From: a virus
Virus record (IMG/VR): IMGVR_UViG_3300030098_003519
Span: 1 to 64,000 of that record
Reading direction: 5' to 3' (one strand)
DNA: 64,000 nucleotides
Shown here: one piece after another, positions 7,882 through 18,845 of the stretch
Numbering within the stretch: position 1 is the first letter of the stretch
Layout: the number at the start of each line of letters is the position of its first letter
The notes under the pieces: model-generated
The model's input: the letters and a program-made list of their open reading frames with translations, nothing else
Told to the model about the DNA's origin: nothing
Databases searched by the model: none
Translations under genes and position numbers: made by a program

Positions 7882-8234
7882 TGGTAATAAGAAGGGTTAT
7901 AATCTGTTTTTGATTTCTTGGATTGACTCCAAGGTTTATACTCTGGTTCAGGTTCATCAATAAGATGCTTGAAATGCTCTGTATCAAAGTACGATGGTGG
8001 TAATGGTTCCACATTATCGTATGGGCCTTCTAGTCTTCTCTTATATTCTCTCTCATCTAATACTTCATTGATAAGAATCTTTAACTCTTTAACCACCTCT
8101 GGAGTATGCACCCTACGAGGTGTAATTACAGCACGAGGAAGAATTGGTTCTCCATTCTCATCGTGTGGATATACATTATCAGTACATCCCTTGATTGCAG
8201 GGCCACTTAACCCTTGTGTGTCTATCTTGTCCAT
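7878..8234 (-). CDS. Hypothetical cyanophage protein
   Basis: 118-aa ORF; ATAAATA late-promoter motif at 8251-8257 upstream. Confidence 0.75.
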   Translation of the reverse strand: MDKIDTQGLSGPAIKGCTDNVYPHDENGEPILPRAVITPRRVHTPEVVKELKILINEVLDEREYKRRLEGPYDNVEPLPPSYFDTEHFKHLIDEPEPEYKPWSQSKKSKTDYNPSYYQ

Positions 8235-8253
8235 AATAAATGCGTTTTCTTAT

Positions 8254-8646
8254 TTATTGAGTATCAAGAGGACGACCCTCTTGTGACTTATACATTTTTG
8301 CTAATCTATCCTCTTCATTACCTGTAATATCATCATACTGAGACCAATGCTGTATGACCTTGCTATTTCTTTTCTTTACGAACTTTAACTGATGCCAATC
8401 AGTATCATAACATAACAATAATGTATGAATATATTTGTGTGGATCATTCTTTGAATACTCACATTGAGGTTTAGGTCTGATACCAGTCTCTATTGTAATA
8501 TATCTTGCAACTGGATTCCATCCATACTTAATTCTTTTCTCATTATCTACCTCATCTCCTTTAAAATAGACCCAACCTTCATCCTTACCATACTCACCAC
8601 GATCCCAGATCACATAATCGTCAACTTCTGGTTCATACATTGGCAT
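8254..8646 (-). CDS. Hypothetical cyanophage protein
   Basis: 130-aa ORF (YEPEVDDYVIW..EGWVYFK..YITIETG); extended -10 TGATATAAT at 8664-8672. Confidence 0.8.
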   Translation of the reverse strand: MPMYEPEVDDYVIWDRGEYGKDEGWVYFKGDEVDNEKRIKYGWNPVARYITIETGIRPKPQCEYSKNDPHKYIHTLLLCYDTDWHQLKFVKKRNSKVIQHWSQYDDITGNEEDRLAKMYKSQEGRPLDTQ

Positions 8647-8663
8647 AAGTTTAAGACAAGTAT

Positions 8664-8766
8664 ATTATATCACAATATATAGATTATGGAAAGATGTTGA
8701 GATTTTTGAACGAAATATAAAGAGGACATAAAATTTATAGATATAGTATATAAATTATGTTATAAT
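8664..8766. promoter_or_regulatory. Divergent extended -10 promoters
   Basis: Minus TGATATAAT (8672-8664) and plus TGTTATAAT (8758-8766) in a very AT-rich intergenic region. Confidence 0.6.
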
Positions 8767-8788
8767 ATCAACACAAACGGGAGAAACC

Positions 8789-9004
8789 ATGATCAATTTA
8801 GACGAACGATACCATGACTACCTAGACGGTAGCAAGAAATTAAGAATAGATGGTACTGATGAACGTCTTAATGCTTATGGTTGGCATTGTGACGGCAATG
8901 AAATAAAAGGATATTATCTTACGACAGAAAATTATAAGTTATTTTACAATATGAACGAACAATTTATAAAGATGGAAGCACTACGAGAACCAGTAGTATC
9001 ATAA
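8789..9004 (+). CDS. Conserved hypothetical protein of marine cyanobacteria/cyanophages
   Basis: 71 aa MINLDERYHDYLDG..AYGWHCDGNEI; GGGAGA RBS and its own promoter. Confidence 0.8.
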   Translation: MINLDERYHDYLDGSKKLRIDGTDERLNAYGWHCDGNEIKGYYLTTENYKLFYNMNEQFIKMEALREPVVS

Positions 9005-12000
9005 AGCACCGTTTGTATAATTATAAGGAGACTCTGCAAATGCTACGTAGAGCATTCTTTCATTTGCCTCATTAATTTCCTGAAAAGTTCCATGAGGTTT
9101 AAATCCATTAGCAAACATTTTCACAGGATGTGATGTTGCAGTTTCAGCAGCATTAGTATCCATGTATAGAATTGAAGATACCTCGCTTTGTGGTTCTCTT
9201 GCAGTATCATACATTCTCCATGATCTACCAGAGTTGATATTCTTTATCATAACGAAAGCTGGTTTAAATCCTGTATAAACGAATGTTCCATCTGCATCGC
9301 CATTACCATAAAATTGTCCGAACTTAGAATACCCTTCGATTTCAGCCCACATATATGCCACACAATCATTATTATTAGGATTCACATTATTGGCATTTGT
9401 AGTTCCTGCTACGGGTTCAATGTGATGAACACTACTAGTAAGATTAGCGATTCCACCTTGAGATGTAGCAGAAATGAAATTAAATTCAGCACCATCACCA
9501 TCAGATAAGAAACCTTCATTATTATCATTCCAATGATGCTTACAAATCCAATGTCCAGATTGCAATCTCTTTTGCATAACAAAATCGCATTGTTTTCCTA
9601 ATCCATGAGGAATTTTATCACTCGCACCATTTGGTCCACCTTGATACTTAATCATAGAGAAACCTGCTTTAGTGTTCACACTCAGTTTCTGAACAGTTAT
9701 ACCATTAGAAGTGTAATCTAATGTAATTGGCATCTCTTCTAATGAATCATATCCTACACCATCTATATTAAAGTCCTTACTATTTCCACCTGCTCTAAAA
9801 CAATAAGCAACATAATGTCTATTAGCCGTATTACCACCACTAACTGAACCATCTGATAGAGTAAATCCATCATCATCGAAAGATCTTAGGTATGGAGTTC
9901 CAGTAGTACCACTCTCTGCACCATTACTATCAGGATTCAAATGAGATTTGACTCCTCTATTCACATCACATAAAACATGAGATACTACTGTACTTCTTGC
10001 CTTAAACCAAATCATATCTGGTCTAAAAGGTAAGTTTATCTTTCTTCCATCACTATCATCTCCTTCATATAATACTGGTTGGAAATGATCTGTGGCATTT
10101 GGAATTGCTGGTGCTGGCATGTTCTTCTGACACATTGCGATATGTCCAGCTGGTGGTTCATACATGAATAAACCTTCACCACTCTCATCTCTATAAGTTC
10201 CTGCTGTTTCCTGTCCACAGAAGGATGGATTCTGTCCAAAGTTTACTGTGAAATCATTATCTTGACCATCATTCCATGTCCAGAAATCAGGTAAATGAAC
10301 CTCTGCAAGATCATTCACACCAGTGACAGGAGATCCTGCTTGTTCATTTCCATCAGTAAAGAAACGAACAATTCCTTTGTCCTTATCCAATGCAACTCCA
10401 ATTATAATACCATCACTTTGATGATTGTTACTTCCATCATAGACATTGGATCCATTCTTACGAAATCTATCATCTCTTGGTTCATATGATACTCCTTTTC
10501 CTGATCCAGTAAAACTATTCAATTGAGATCCTGCTGCTACAATTCCAACACCAGGAGAACTATTATTATCATCTAATCTAACTTCCCAATACCATTTTCC
10601 ACTACTTACACCCATAGTTCCTTTTGCTGCAGATGTATCACCATCCAATCGAGTTGAAAGTCCACCATTATAATAAACAGCAGCAACATCATTAGAACCA
10701 CTTCCTTGGTCATCAGTAATGTCTTGCCTATCATTTAGAAGTGGCCAGTTACGTCCAGGTGCATCTTTAGTAACTCTCCAAGCATTTGCTAGTATTCCAT
10801 TCTGGAGTGTTCCAAAGTTCTGTGGAACCCAAGGTCTTACACAATCAAAACCACCTTTATATTTTGCAACTCCAATATATACACGCAAATCTTGTAAATA
10901 ACCATCCCAATTCTGTACAGTTCCACTATGGAACTTACCTATTTGAGTAGTTGTACTACTATTAGCAATATTATGTGTATAAGCATGTTCTCCTACTGCT
11001 GCACCATTCTGATAGAAAGTAATTACACCATTATATCTTTCAACAACACAATGAACCCACTGATTTGAAACATATGCTTTAACAGCATCAACTTGATTAC
11101 TACCATTTGCCATATAAAATCTTAAATAACCAGCTACACCATAAGTAAATGTCCAACCAGCAGTATTTGAAATAATAGTATCATCTGACCCTCCTGTATG
11201 GAAACACCAACATTCTACAGTAAAGTCTTTTGTTCCTATATCAAAACCACCTTCGTACTCATTAACTTGTAGATAATCACCAGTACCATCAAATCTTGCT
11301 GCACTACCATAATATGAGGCAGTAAAGTTAGTTCCCTCATTGGTAAATTTAACATCATCCAAGAGAGACACGGTTTTAGGGTATCCATCTCCTCTTATAA
11401 GATGAGAATAATCTCCATAACCATCAACTAATCCATTATAAACAAGAGGTAATGCTAATTGACAATATGCACCAAATGGATCGTCACGAACTGCTACTTT
11501 AGGGTCACCATCAATTTCTGCCTTTGGTTGAGCAAGATCTTCCTTAAGTTTTAAAATAGTATTAGGTGTGCAATGGAAATCTGCACCAGGATTATTATTA
11601 CTATTAAATGGTAGATAGAATCCATTAGGGCCAAATCCACCTCTTTGTTTTATACCTGCCTTTATAACTGATGGTTTTTTAGGAGTCCAATATCCTTGTC
11701 TGACATCTGTATTTCTTCCAAATCTTCCTGCATTAGTAATACCATACCCATCTTTATAATATCCAAAAACATCTGGTGATAATCCTACTCCATCAACATA
11801 AAAACAATCACAAAAATTTACTCCTCTAGTTGAAAGTAAACTATTATCCATCAATGCAGCAAAATAATGCCTCTTACCAGAATTATTCAGATGATGAAAG
11901 TGTTGATTATGACCTGGAGTATTTACATCTTGTGAATTATTTAATAGTGTGCTACTTGGTGCTCTATTTAATCTAACACCATTTACATATAATTTTACTC

Positions 12001-12310
12001 TTTCATCACCTGTATTGCCTGAATGTGTAGTATCTATTGAAAGTAAAATATGATGCCAATTGGATGGATCTAATACTTGACAATCCCATCGAACTTGTTC
12101 AGTAGTACTGTCTGTACCTTGTCTATCAAAAAATTCTAGAAATCCACCATTAGTCCATCTCAAATGAGTGGTATTATCTTTTGTATGTCCTCCATTAAAC
12201 ACCCAAAAAGTACCTTCAGTACCCCAACGTTTTACCCAACAACTCCATGAGGCAGACATTCTGTTGCCAGTGCTTGTAGGATCTCTGTATAAGTATGGAT
12301 ATGATGACAT
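8999..12310 (-). CDS. Virion structural/fibre-associated protein with LamG-like and SPRY/B30.2-like domains
   Basis: 1103 aa. WHHILLSID and DFTVECW...QDLRVY are LamG-like; SSGKWYWEV..IIGVALD..VNFGQ is SPRY-like. C-terminal PDMIWFK / FKPAFVMIK repeats. Confidence 0.75.
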   Translation of the reverse strand: MSSYPYLYRDPTSTGNRMSASWSCWVKRWGTEGTFWVFNGGHTKDNTTHLRWTNGGFLEFFDRQGTDSTTEQVRWDCQVLDPSNWHHILLSIDTTHSGNTGDERVKLYVNGVRLNRAPSSTLLNNSQDVNTPGHNQHFHHLNNSGKRHYFAALMDNSLLSTRGVNFCDCFYVDGVGLSPDVFGYYKDGYGITNAGRFGRNTDVRQGYWTPKKPSVIKAGIKQRGGFGPNGFYLPFNSNNNPGADFHCTPNTILKLKEDLAQPKAEIDGDPKVAVRDDPFGAYCQLALPLVYNGLVDGYGDYSHLIRGDGYPKTVSLLDDVKFTNEGTNFTASYYGSAARFDGTGDYLQVNEYEGGFDIGTKDFTVECWCFHTGGSDDTIISNTAGWTFTYGVAGYLRFYMANGSNQVDAVKAYVSNQWVHCVVERYNGVITFYQNGAAVGEHAYTHNIANSSTTTQIGKFHSGTVQNWDGYLQDLRVYIGVAKYKGGFDCVRPWVPQNFGTLQNGILANAWRVTKDAPGRNWPLLNDRQDITDDQGSGSNDVAAVYYNGGLSTRLDGDTSAAKGTMGVSSGKWYWEVRLDDNNSSPGVGIVAAGSQLNSFTGSGKGVSYEPRDDRFRKNGSNVYDGSNNHQSDGIIIGVALDKDKGIVRFFTDGNEQAGSPVTGVNDLAEVHLPDFWTWNDGQDNDFTVNFGQNPSFCGQETAGTYRDESGEGLFMYEPPAGHIAMCQKNMPAPAIPNATDHFQPVLYEGDDSDGRKINLPFRPDMIWFKARSTVVSHVLCDVNRGVKSHLNPDSNGAESGTTGTPYLRSFDDDGFTLSDGSVSGGNTANRHYVAYCFRAGGNSKDFNIDGVGYDSLEEMPITLDYTSNGITVQKLSVNTKAGFSMIKYQGGPNGASDKIPHGLGKQCDFVMQKRLQSGHWICKHHWNDNNEGFLSDGDGAEFNFISATSQGGIANLTSSVHHIEPVAGTTNANNVNPNNNDCVAYMWAEIEGYSKFGQFYGNGDADGTFVYTGFKPAFVMIKNINSGRSWRMYDTAREPQSEVSSILYMDTNAAETATSHPVKMFANGFKPHGTFQEINEANERMLYVAFAESPYNYTNGAL

Positions 12311-12316
12311 ATGTTA

Positions 12317-12778
12317 TTACCCGAAACTAGTTGATCCAGAAGGAAAATAATCAGTTACAATTTCGACCCAATCAGTTCCATTATATATTTCCATTGAACT
12401 ATTACTACTATTCCATCTAGTATAACCAGCATAAGCAACCTCTGGTCTTTCTGTTGTTGTTCCTACTGGTAGACCTAATGCACCAGAACTTAATTTTGTA
12501 TCTACAACACCTGAGTCATTAACCTCGAATCTTGTCTTACCATCATCACTGGTAACTGAAAAGAGAGATCCACTATTATATTCACTAAATGCTGCAATCG
12601 TATCCCCATCAGTTGCTTGAAATTGAACCACACCCTCATGTGCAGTTTTTGCAAGAGCAACCATAGTGATAGTTGATGCACTACCAGTAGCAGTACCACC
12701 ACCCTTAAATTCTATCTTAGGATCATTTGATTGACTCCTATTCGGGGTTATAATTATATCTCTGTCAGATGTGGCCAT
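12317..12778 (-). CDS. Small tail-fibre-related structural protein
   Basis: 153 aa; LPVGTTTERP..GYTRWNSSNSSMEIYNGTDW is a phage fibre motif. Late promoter at 12800-12806. Confidence 0.7.
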   Translation of the reverse strand: MATSDRDIIITPNRSQSNDPKIEFKGGGTATGSASTITMVALAKTAHEGVVQFQATDGDTIAAFSEYNSGSLFSVTSDDGKTRFEVNDSGVVDTKLSSGALGLPVGTTTERPEVAYAGYTRWNSSNSSMEIYNGTDWVEIVTDYFPSGSTSFG

Positions 12779-12802
12779 TTAGTTATACCTCATTGTGATT
12801 AT

Positions 12803-15262
12803 TTATCCTACGAATCTAAAGTAACCAGTTGACGTGAACTTATGAAGTGTGTAACCACTTCTTGTTGTTGTATCAATGGTTCCACCGATTCCTCTTTGTG
12901 GTCCTTTGTATGCAACAATAACAATACCAGATCCACCAGCACCACCAACAGATCCACTTAGAGTACCACCGCCTCCACCGCCACCGCCAGTGTTTGCAGT
13001 TCCTGCAGTTCCATTGTTATTATTACCATGTTTACCTTGTCCACCACCACCTTGGCCACCAGCAGAAGTTCTTCCACCTTCATTACCACCTCCACCTCCA
13101 CCACCACCGTAGTAGGTGTCAGTTCCAGTTATTGATATTTGTCTCCCATCTCCACCATCACCACCTGCATTTGAACCAGCAACTGATGGCATACCTGCTT
13201 TTCCTGCACCACCTCCACCAGATCCTTGGCTTCCAGCAGCACCTGCTCCACCATCATTACCCTGACCTAATGTTCCCAATCCACCTGCTGCATCTGGTTG
13301 ACCAGTACTATTATGCCTACAACCACCTCCAGATCCACCAGCAGTTTGGATATGACCACTTACTCCTCCACCACCGCCACCAACGGCAATCTTATTATCA
13401 AATTTTGATTGAATTCCTTTTCCTGCTGCACCTACACTATCTCCTGCTCCACCATATCCACCTCTACCTACTTCAATCAAATAATTCTTTCCAGAAGTAA
13501 TATGATACTTATCATAATATAAAACTCCACCAGCACCACCACCACCGCCACCACGGTCTCCTCCACCGCCACCGCCTCCAGCAACGATAAGAACTTCAGC
13601 ATTATAATCTTCTGCAGGGTAACGAACAATTACAGTTCCATTACCACCTTGTCCACCACCACCTTGAGCATTAACATTTCCACCAGCATTTCCTGCACCA
13701 CCAGATCCAGTGTCTGGAATTCCATTTCCATTATAATGATTACTCTTACCAGAATTTGAACCTTCTCCACCTATTCCAGAACCACCAAGTCCAGGTGCTC
13801 CATTACCATGAGATCCTGCACCACCTCCACCAGCATAAAACTTCTTCTCTCCTGTAATGTCAAATTCTAATCCAAGTCCACCATCACCACAAGAATCACC
13901 ATTTACATATGCACCAGTCTCATTCTCATTATACCCACCATCACCTCCACGAGTTCCAGCACCACCACCTCCACCTCTAGGATAAGTCCTTCCTGAAGCA
14001 TTATCATGAGGTGCTGCTCTTCCTCCACGATTTCCTTGTCCTGTTGTACCTGCAGGTCCACTAGAGTCTGTATTTCCAGCACCACCACCAGAACCTACTG
14101 TACCATTTCCACCTTGTCCTCCAGTACCATTTCCTCCACCATATCCACCACCCCAAGCAGTTAGTGTACTAAAAGTACTATCTCCTCCTTGGTGTCCATT
14201 ATAATCTCCAGTACCACCATTAGCAGTATCACCACCACCAGTACCACCTGCACCAACAGCTACTGTTACATTATCAGTAACCAAGAATCCTTTTCTATGA
14301 AGAAGTCCACCAGCACCACCACCACCTGCAGCAGCAGAACCACCAGAACCACCAGTATATTTGTTACCACCACCACCTCCACCAGCGACAACAAGTGCTT
14401 CTACTCTACCACCATTACCAGTAAATTTAGGTGCAAAAGTCTCAGTATATGTTGAAAATCTTAACTTCTCCGCATTATAATTCTGTGCAACTTCATCAGC
14501 AGATAATGCTCTATTATAAAGTCTAACAATCGCAATTCGACCATCAAGTCCTTCACTGTTACTACTATTACTCCAATTACCAATACGAAGAACACCATTA
14601 GATGTAGATCCATTATCTCCTACATCTTGCAATCCTCCAACATTTACTCCATTCACATATAATCTTGCACTACCATAATCATCATTAATAATATCATTAT
14701 TCTCATATACTCCTATAATATGAGTCCATGTACCTGCAGTAATATTTACATCACCGAAGTAATGATGTGCTCCACTACCACCATTACCACCTACAAAGAC
14801 ATCTCCACCACTATGAAAACCAATACCTCTATTACTTCCTATATGATATATTACACTATTCCATGATTGATTGGTTGTTGCCATCGCCCATGCTTCAAAT
14901 GTACATTGATGTCTAGCATCTGATCTAAACCCCTTTAAAGGGCCTTGAAATTCAACTCTATGACCATTAGTCCAACTTCTATTGAACACCATAGAACGAC
15001 CATTAGCCTGATTATTAACATCAGTCTGACTTCTATCACCAAATCCAGTACCAGTTATTGGTTCAACAACTTGTTGCATTGGACTTAAATCCTTTACATC
15101 AAAAGCTGATCCATTCCAACATCTTTCATCCCCAAAATCCACATAAAGTGCTAAACCCTCTGTTACATGTTGAGATGGAAATTGATGTACTCTATAATTA
15201 CCTGTTCTATGAACACTACCACCAGTTGCAGTTACAATCTTTGATCCGATATTAAATCCCAT
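12803..15262 (-). CDS. LamG domain plus two glycine-rich domains, virion protein
   Basis: 819 aa. LamG-like TWTHIIGVY..GRIAIVRLYNRALS, then two LVVAGGGGGG...GxVIVxY glycine-rich units. Confidence 0.8.
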   Translation of the reverse strand: MGFNIGSKIVTATGGSVHRTGNYRVHQFPSQHVTEGLALYVDFGDERCWNGSAFDVKDLSPMQQVVEPITGTGFGDRSQTDVNNQANGRSMVFNRSWTNGHRVEFQGPLKGFRSDARHQCTFEAWAMATTNQSWNSVIYHIGSNRGIGFHSGGDVFVGGNGGSGAHHYFGDVNITAGTWTHIIGVYENNDIINDDYGSARLYVNGVNVGGLQDVGDNGSTSNGVLRIGNWSNSSNSEGLDGRIAIVRLYNRALSADEVAQNYNAEKLRFSTYTETFAPKFTGNGGRVEALVVAGGGGGGNKYTGGSGGSAAAGGGGAGGLLHRKGFLVTDNVTVAVGAGGTGGGDTANGGTGDYNGHQGGDSTFSTLTAWGGGYGGGNGTGGQGGNGTVGSGGGAGNTDSSGPAGTTGQGNRGGRAAPHDNASGRTYPRGGGGGAGTRGGDGGYNENETGAYVNGDSCGDGGLGLEFDITGEKKFYAGGGGAGSHGNGAPGLGGSGIGGEGSNSGKSNHYNGNGIPDTGSGGAGNAGGNVNAQGGGGQGGNGTVIVRYPAEDYNAEVLIVAGGGGGGGDRGGGGGGAGGVLYYDKYHITSGKNYLIEVGRGGYGGAGDSVGAAGKGIQSKFDNKIAVGGGGGGVSGHIQTAGGSGGGCRHNSTGQPDAAGGLGTLGQGNDGGAGAAGSQGSGGGGAGKAGMPSVAGSNAGGDGGDGRQISITGTDTYYGGGGGGGGNEGGRTSAGGQGGGGQGKHGNNNNGTAGTANTGGGGGGGGTLSGSVGGAGGSGIVIVAYKGPQRGIGGTIDTTTRSGYTLHKFTSTGYFRFVG

Positions 15263-15263
15263 T

Positions 15264-18113
15264 TTAGTTCTCCACCTCTACTTCAAGTTTTTCAACGTCT
15301 TTTCTTTCCGCAAATACGGTATAGAAATACTCTGTAGAATCATCAGAACCTATAGTAACGCTGTTGTTATTTATTGATTCTACCCATACATTCTTGTTAC
15401 CAATAGGTGTGACATTCACAGTAATTGAATCATCATGCACAAGACCAACCCAGTAGTCTGGTAGTTCGATTACAGGATCTGATGATCGACCTCGAACATA
15501 AACTGAATTCTCAGGGCCCTCAAGACATGCATATCTTAACTTATGATTTTCTTTTGTTGGGTGATCAATTACGAATGACTTAGTTGTTGCAGCAAATGAA
15601 CCATAAACTTGTAATTTATAATTTGTTTGTGTCCAATCACCACCTATATTAACAGTTCCACCTGATGTGACACGAAATACCTCAGCTACTCCACTACTTT
15701 CTGGTTTTGTAAGAAATTTAAGATAACCACCAGAATCATCACCAGCATTACTATCACTAGTCTCTACGTAAGCTTGTATTCCTGCTACAATTTTAGAACC
15801 AGCATTAGAACCACTACTAGCATTAGAGTTTTCTCTATTAACAAATCTTAAGAATCCAGTAGCAGCACCATTTGTATTCTGATTACCACTTATATTGATA
15901 ACTCCATACTCACCAACAGTTCCATCACCTGTTACCTCAAATATTTTTGTATTTCCTCCATCATTATCAAATGAAACACCTGTTAACGATTGAGTAACTA
16001 TATGTCCTCCACCTAAAATACAAAGTCTTTGTGCTGCTGCACCACCGCCAGAATTTGCATAAAAATGTAAGGAAGTAGTTCCACCACTGGAATATGGTCC
16101 AATGTATGACATACCATTCTGGGTATTATGATATAAATTTAATGAATTGTCCCAATGACTAGTATTATCAAATGCCTCGGTATTTCCTTTTATTGCTAGT
16201 TGTCCTTTCGAGTCAGACTTTATTCTAGTTTCACCAGAAACTCCGATACCGATTGTATCTGTACTATGATAATACTCTAGAAATCCTTTATATCTGTCTG
16301 CACCAGAAGCACCATCAGCAAAATATATACTTCCATTATTAGTATTACCACTATAAATTGTTAATCCACGACTTTCACCTACAGTACCATCACCAATCTG
16401 TAGATCATCTGCAGAACTGTGAGATATATCAGTACCACCTACTCCAGCTGCTATAAGAACAGCTCCAGAACTATTAATGCGAATCCTTTCTTTATTATTA
16501 TAACCATATAATCTTAATGAATTATCTGAATGATCATTTCTAATTGCTGCTGTTGCAGTATCATTAATTCTTCCAAAATAAATTGAAGAATCATCACTAT
16601 TACCAGAAGTAAGATATATCCTTGCAGAAGAATCATCATCAAATATATGAAGATCACCTCCTGGAACATTGGTTCCAATACCAACATTACCTGCTGTTGT
16701 GATGCGAACTCTTTCCTTAAAATTAGTATTTCTTGTTGCAAATACAAGATCTGAATTATAATCTCCAGTATCTACTGCAGCAATTCTTGCTGATGCCATT
16801 TTACTACCATCAGCTGCTGCACCAGGATGGAAGTAAATACCAGCAAATGAATTTGATGAATCTCTTGCGTGATTCTGTATTTGTAATTCATGTGGATATG
16901 GAGTATAAGCATAAGTAGTACCAACATTAACCGTGAATGGCCATGCAGTTGTATTAGTACCTACCAAATGTAGAAGATTATCTGGATTATCAGTTCCGAT
17001 ACCAACATAACCATCATCACGGTTTATAGTAATTCTTTTTGTTGTTGAGTCCGTACCACAAGTTATGTGAAGTTTATTATTTGCTGCACTATAAAACATT
17101 CCACCACCATTTGCGGTAGATCCTGTTGCTCCTTCTGATAAACGTAATATTGCATCACCAGAACCAGCATTTGTAGTAAGTTCTAATAATGGTCCAGAAG
17201 ACTTAACAATCCTAATATGATTAGTAAAAGTTGATATTCCAGTTGATCCGATGCGAAGTCTTTCTGAACCTGCAGTTTCTACTGTAAATGTATCAGTATC
17301 TACGAATCTTAACTTTAAATTATCATTTCCACTATGAACTATTGAATCTGGTAAATTTATTTGACCACCAACAGTTATATTGTTAGATGTTGTAACTTCA
17401 CCACCATCAGCAACCTTAAAGACTTCAGTAGTATTATCATATAAACTTAATATATCTCCTGTACCTGTTTGAGTTATGATACCTGCTGGTAATGTACTAG
17501 CAGTCGATACCCTCAATAACTCTACATTCCTAAGAGTTGTATTTAAAGTTGTAGTATCTCCCTGAACAGTTAAATCACCATTCACTAAAAGATCATTAAA
17601 TGTAGATATACCAGATGATGCATATACATTACCAACCAATGTACCACCAAGTGTACCACCAATACCACTTATATTTCCGCTTACATTAAGATCACCAACA
17701 ACATCTAATGCTGCTTGTGGACTTGTACTATTAATTCCTACTCTATTATCTGTATCATTTAAATATAACAATCCACCATCATAGTTAAATGGCTTCGCCA
17801 TTTGAGTACCATTGACGGTATTATTTCCTGGTACATTAATCCCTATTGCATCTCCAAGAACAACACAGAAGAAAGAGTCTTGTGCAGTTGGAGCATTAGC
17901 AAAAGTTATTTCGTCGTTACTAATCTGATATGCAGATTCTGGTTCCTGTATTACACCACCAACTGAGACTAGAATAGATAATTCCGAACCAGGATAGTAA
18001 GCAGAACCACCGTTAGTTAAACTAAAGGTGGTCGTACTACCATTAAAACTAGAGGAGATATCATCTAACTTTAAATAATTCCCATTTGATAACTGCTTAC
18101 CGATGTAAGGCAT
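15264..18113 (-). CDS. Tail fibre protein (MxYIG N-terminal class)
   Basis: 949 aa; repeated ERxRI..G.VGIGT modules and C-terminal KSFVIDHP..LEGPE domain. Late promoter at 18144-18150. Confidence 0.8.
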   Translation of the reverse strand: MPYIGKQLSNGNYLKLDDISSSFNGSTTTFSLTNGGSAYYPGSELSILVSVGGVIQEPESAYQISNDEITFANAPTAQDSFFCVVLGDAIGINVPGNNTVNGTQMAKPFNYDGGLLYLNDTDNRVGINSTSPQAALDVVGDLNVSGNISGIGGTLGGTLVGNVYASSGISTFNDLLVNGDLTVQGDTTTLNTTLRNVELLRVSTASTLPAGIITQTGTGDILSLYDNTTEVFKVADGGEVTTSNNITVGGQINLPDSIVHSGNDNLKLRFVDTDTFTVETAGSERLRIGSTGISTFTNHIRIVKSSGPLLELTTNAGSGDAILRLSEGATGSTANGGGMFYSAANNKLHITCGTDSTTKRITINRDDGYVGIGTDNPDNLLHLVGTNTTAWPFTVNVGTTYAYTPYPHELQIQNHARDSSNSFAGIYFHPGAAADGSKMASARIAAVDTGDYNSDLVFATRNTNFKERVRITTAGNVGIGTNVPGGDLHIFDDDSSARIYLTSGNSDDSSIYFGRINDTATAAIRNDHSDNSLRLYGYNNKERIRINSSGAVLIAAGVGGTDISHSSADDLQIGDGTVGESRGLTIYSGNTNNGSIYFADGASGADRYKGFLEYYHSTDTIGIGVSGETRIKSDSKGQLAIKGNTEAFDNTSHWDNSLNLYHNTQNGMSYIGPYSSGGTTSLHFYANSGGGAAAQRLCILGGGHIVTQSLTGVSFDNDGGNTKIFEVTGDGTVGEYGVINISGNQNTNGAATGFLRFVNRENSNASSGSNAGSKIVAGIQAYVETSDSNAGDDSGGYLKFLTKPESSGVAEVFRVTSGGTVNIGGDWTQTNYKLQVYGSFAATTKSFVIDHPTKENHKLRYACLEGPENSVYVRGRSSDPVIELPDYWVGLVHDDSITVNVTPIGNKNVWVESINNNSVTIGSDDSTEYFYTVFAERKDVEKLEVEVEN

Positions 18114-18146
18114 TCTATTCTACCTCATTACCCCGAATGAAACTAT

Positions 18147-18398
18147 TTATTCGGTTACTACTGCAGGTGTTTCAACTTCTGGTTCTATTACTTCTTCTTC
18201 ACCACCAGTAGGTGATGTTTCAGGTTCTGGAAGTTTAATACCAATTTGATCTAGATATTCAGCAACTCCTTGAAGTTTCAAAGCCATTTGCTTTTTAGAC
18301 TCCACTTGACTGTTCAAATCATTAATTTCTTGAACAAGAGTTTGTTGTTGCTGAAGCACTTGTGCTAAATGGTTCTGTTGTTCGTTCAGTTCAGCCAT
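18147..18398 (-). CDS. Small coiled-coil protein
   Basis: 83 aa, Q/L heptads, KKQMALKLQGVAEYL, acidic tail. Confidence 0.8.
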   Translation of the reverse strand: MAELNEQQNHLAQVLQQQQTLVQEINDLNSQVESKKQMALKLQGVAEYLDQIGIKLPEPETSPTGGEEEVIEPEVETPAVVTE

Positions 18399-18421
18399 TT
18401 CTAATTTGTAAATTTAAGTAT

Positions 18422-18450
18422 ATTATATAGTAAAGATTTTTCGATGTCAA
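18422..18450 (-). promoter_or_regulatory. Perfect consensus sigma70 promoter
   Basis: TTGACA (18450-18445), 17 bp, TATAAT (18427-18422), upstream of the 83-aa gene. Confidence 0.85.
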
Positions 18451-18474
18451 GCGTTGTGATAACCGATTAGTTAT

Positions 18475-18792
18475 TTATTCAGTTGGATCAGTTGGTTTAT
18501 CAGCTATGAGTTTAGTTTTCCATGCATTTTTAACAGAAGTAGTCCAAACCGCATTACATATAACTTTTACTTCATCTGCAATATCAGTTGTACCATCTGG
18601 TTCTTTTGATAAAGGATTATCAACAAGATTATCAGATGCATCTAGAGTGCCAGGATGAAGTGTAAATCTAGAAAATGTTCTAGTTAGTTCATTTCCATCT
18701 TTTTTTATAACCGTAGCTTTTCTAACTTGAACGGCTTTATATTGACCTACGACTTCTATCTTATCGTACTCAAATGATTCTGAAAGGGCCAT
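18475..18792 (-). CDS. Putative tail-fibre assembly/accessory protein
   Basis: 105 aa DKIEVVGQYKAVQVRKATVIKKDG..ICNAVWT, directly after an LDDYEEG-type fibre. Late promoter at 18831-18837. Confidence 0.7.
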   Translation of the reverse strand: MALSESFEYDKIEVVGQYKAVQVRKATVIKKDGNELTRTFSRFTLHPGTLDASDNLVDNPLSKEPDGTTDIADEVKVICNAVWTTSVKNAWKTKLIADKPTDPTE

Positions 18793-18845
18793 TAGGGAAA
18801 TTCTCCGAATTAAACAGGTTTAGGCATTTGTATTTATGATGACTA

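Noticed and set aside
12880-14400. (CCA)n-rich low-complexity tracts
   Set aside because: Explained by poly-Gly GGT codons in the glycine-rich protein; not an independent repeat element.
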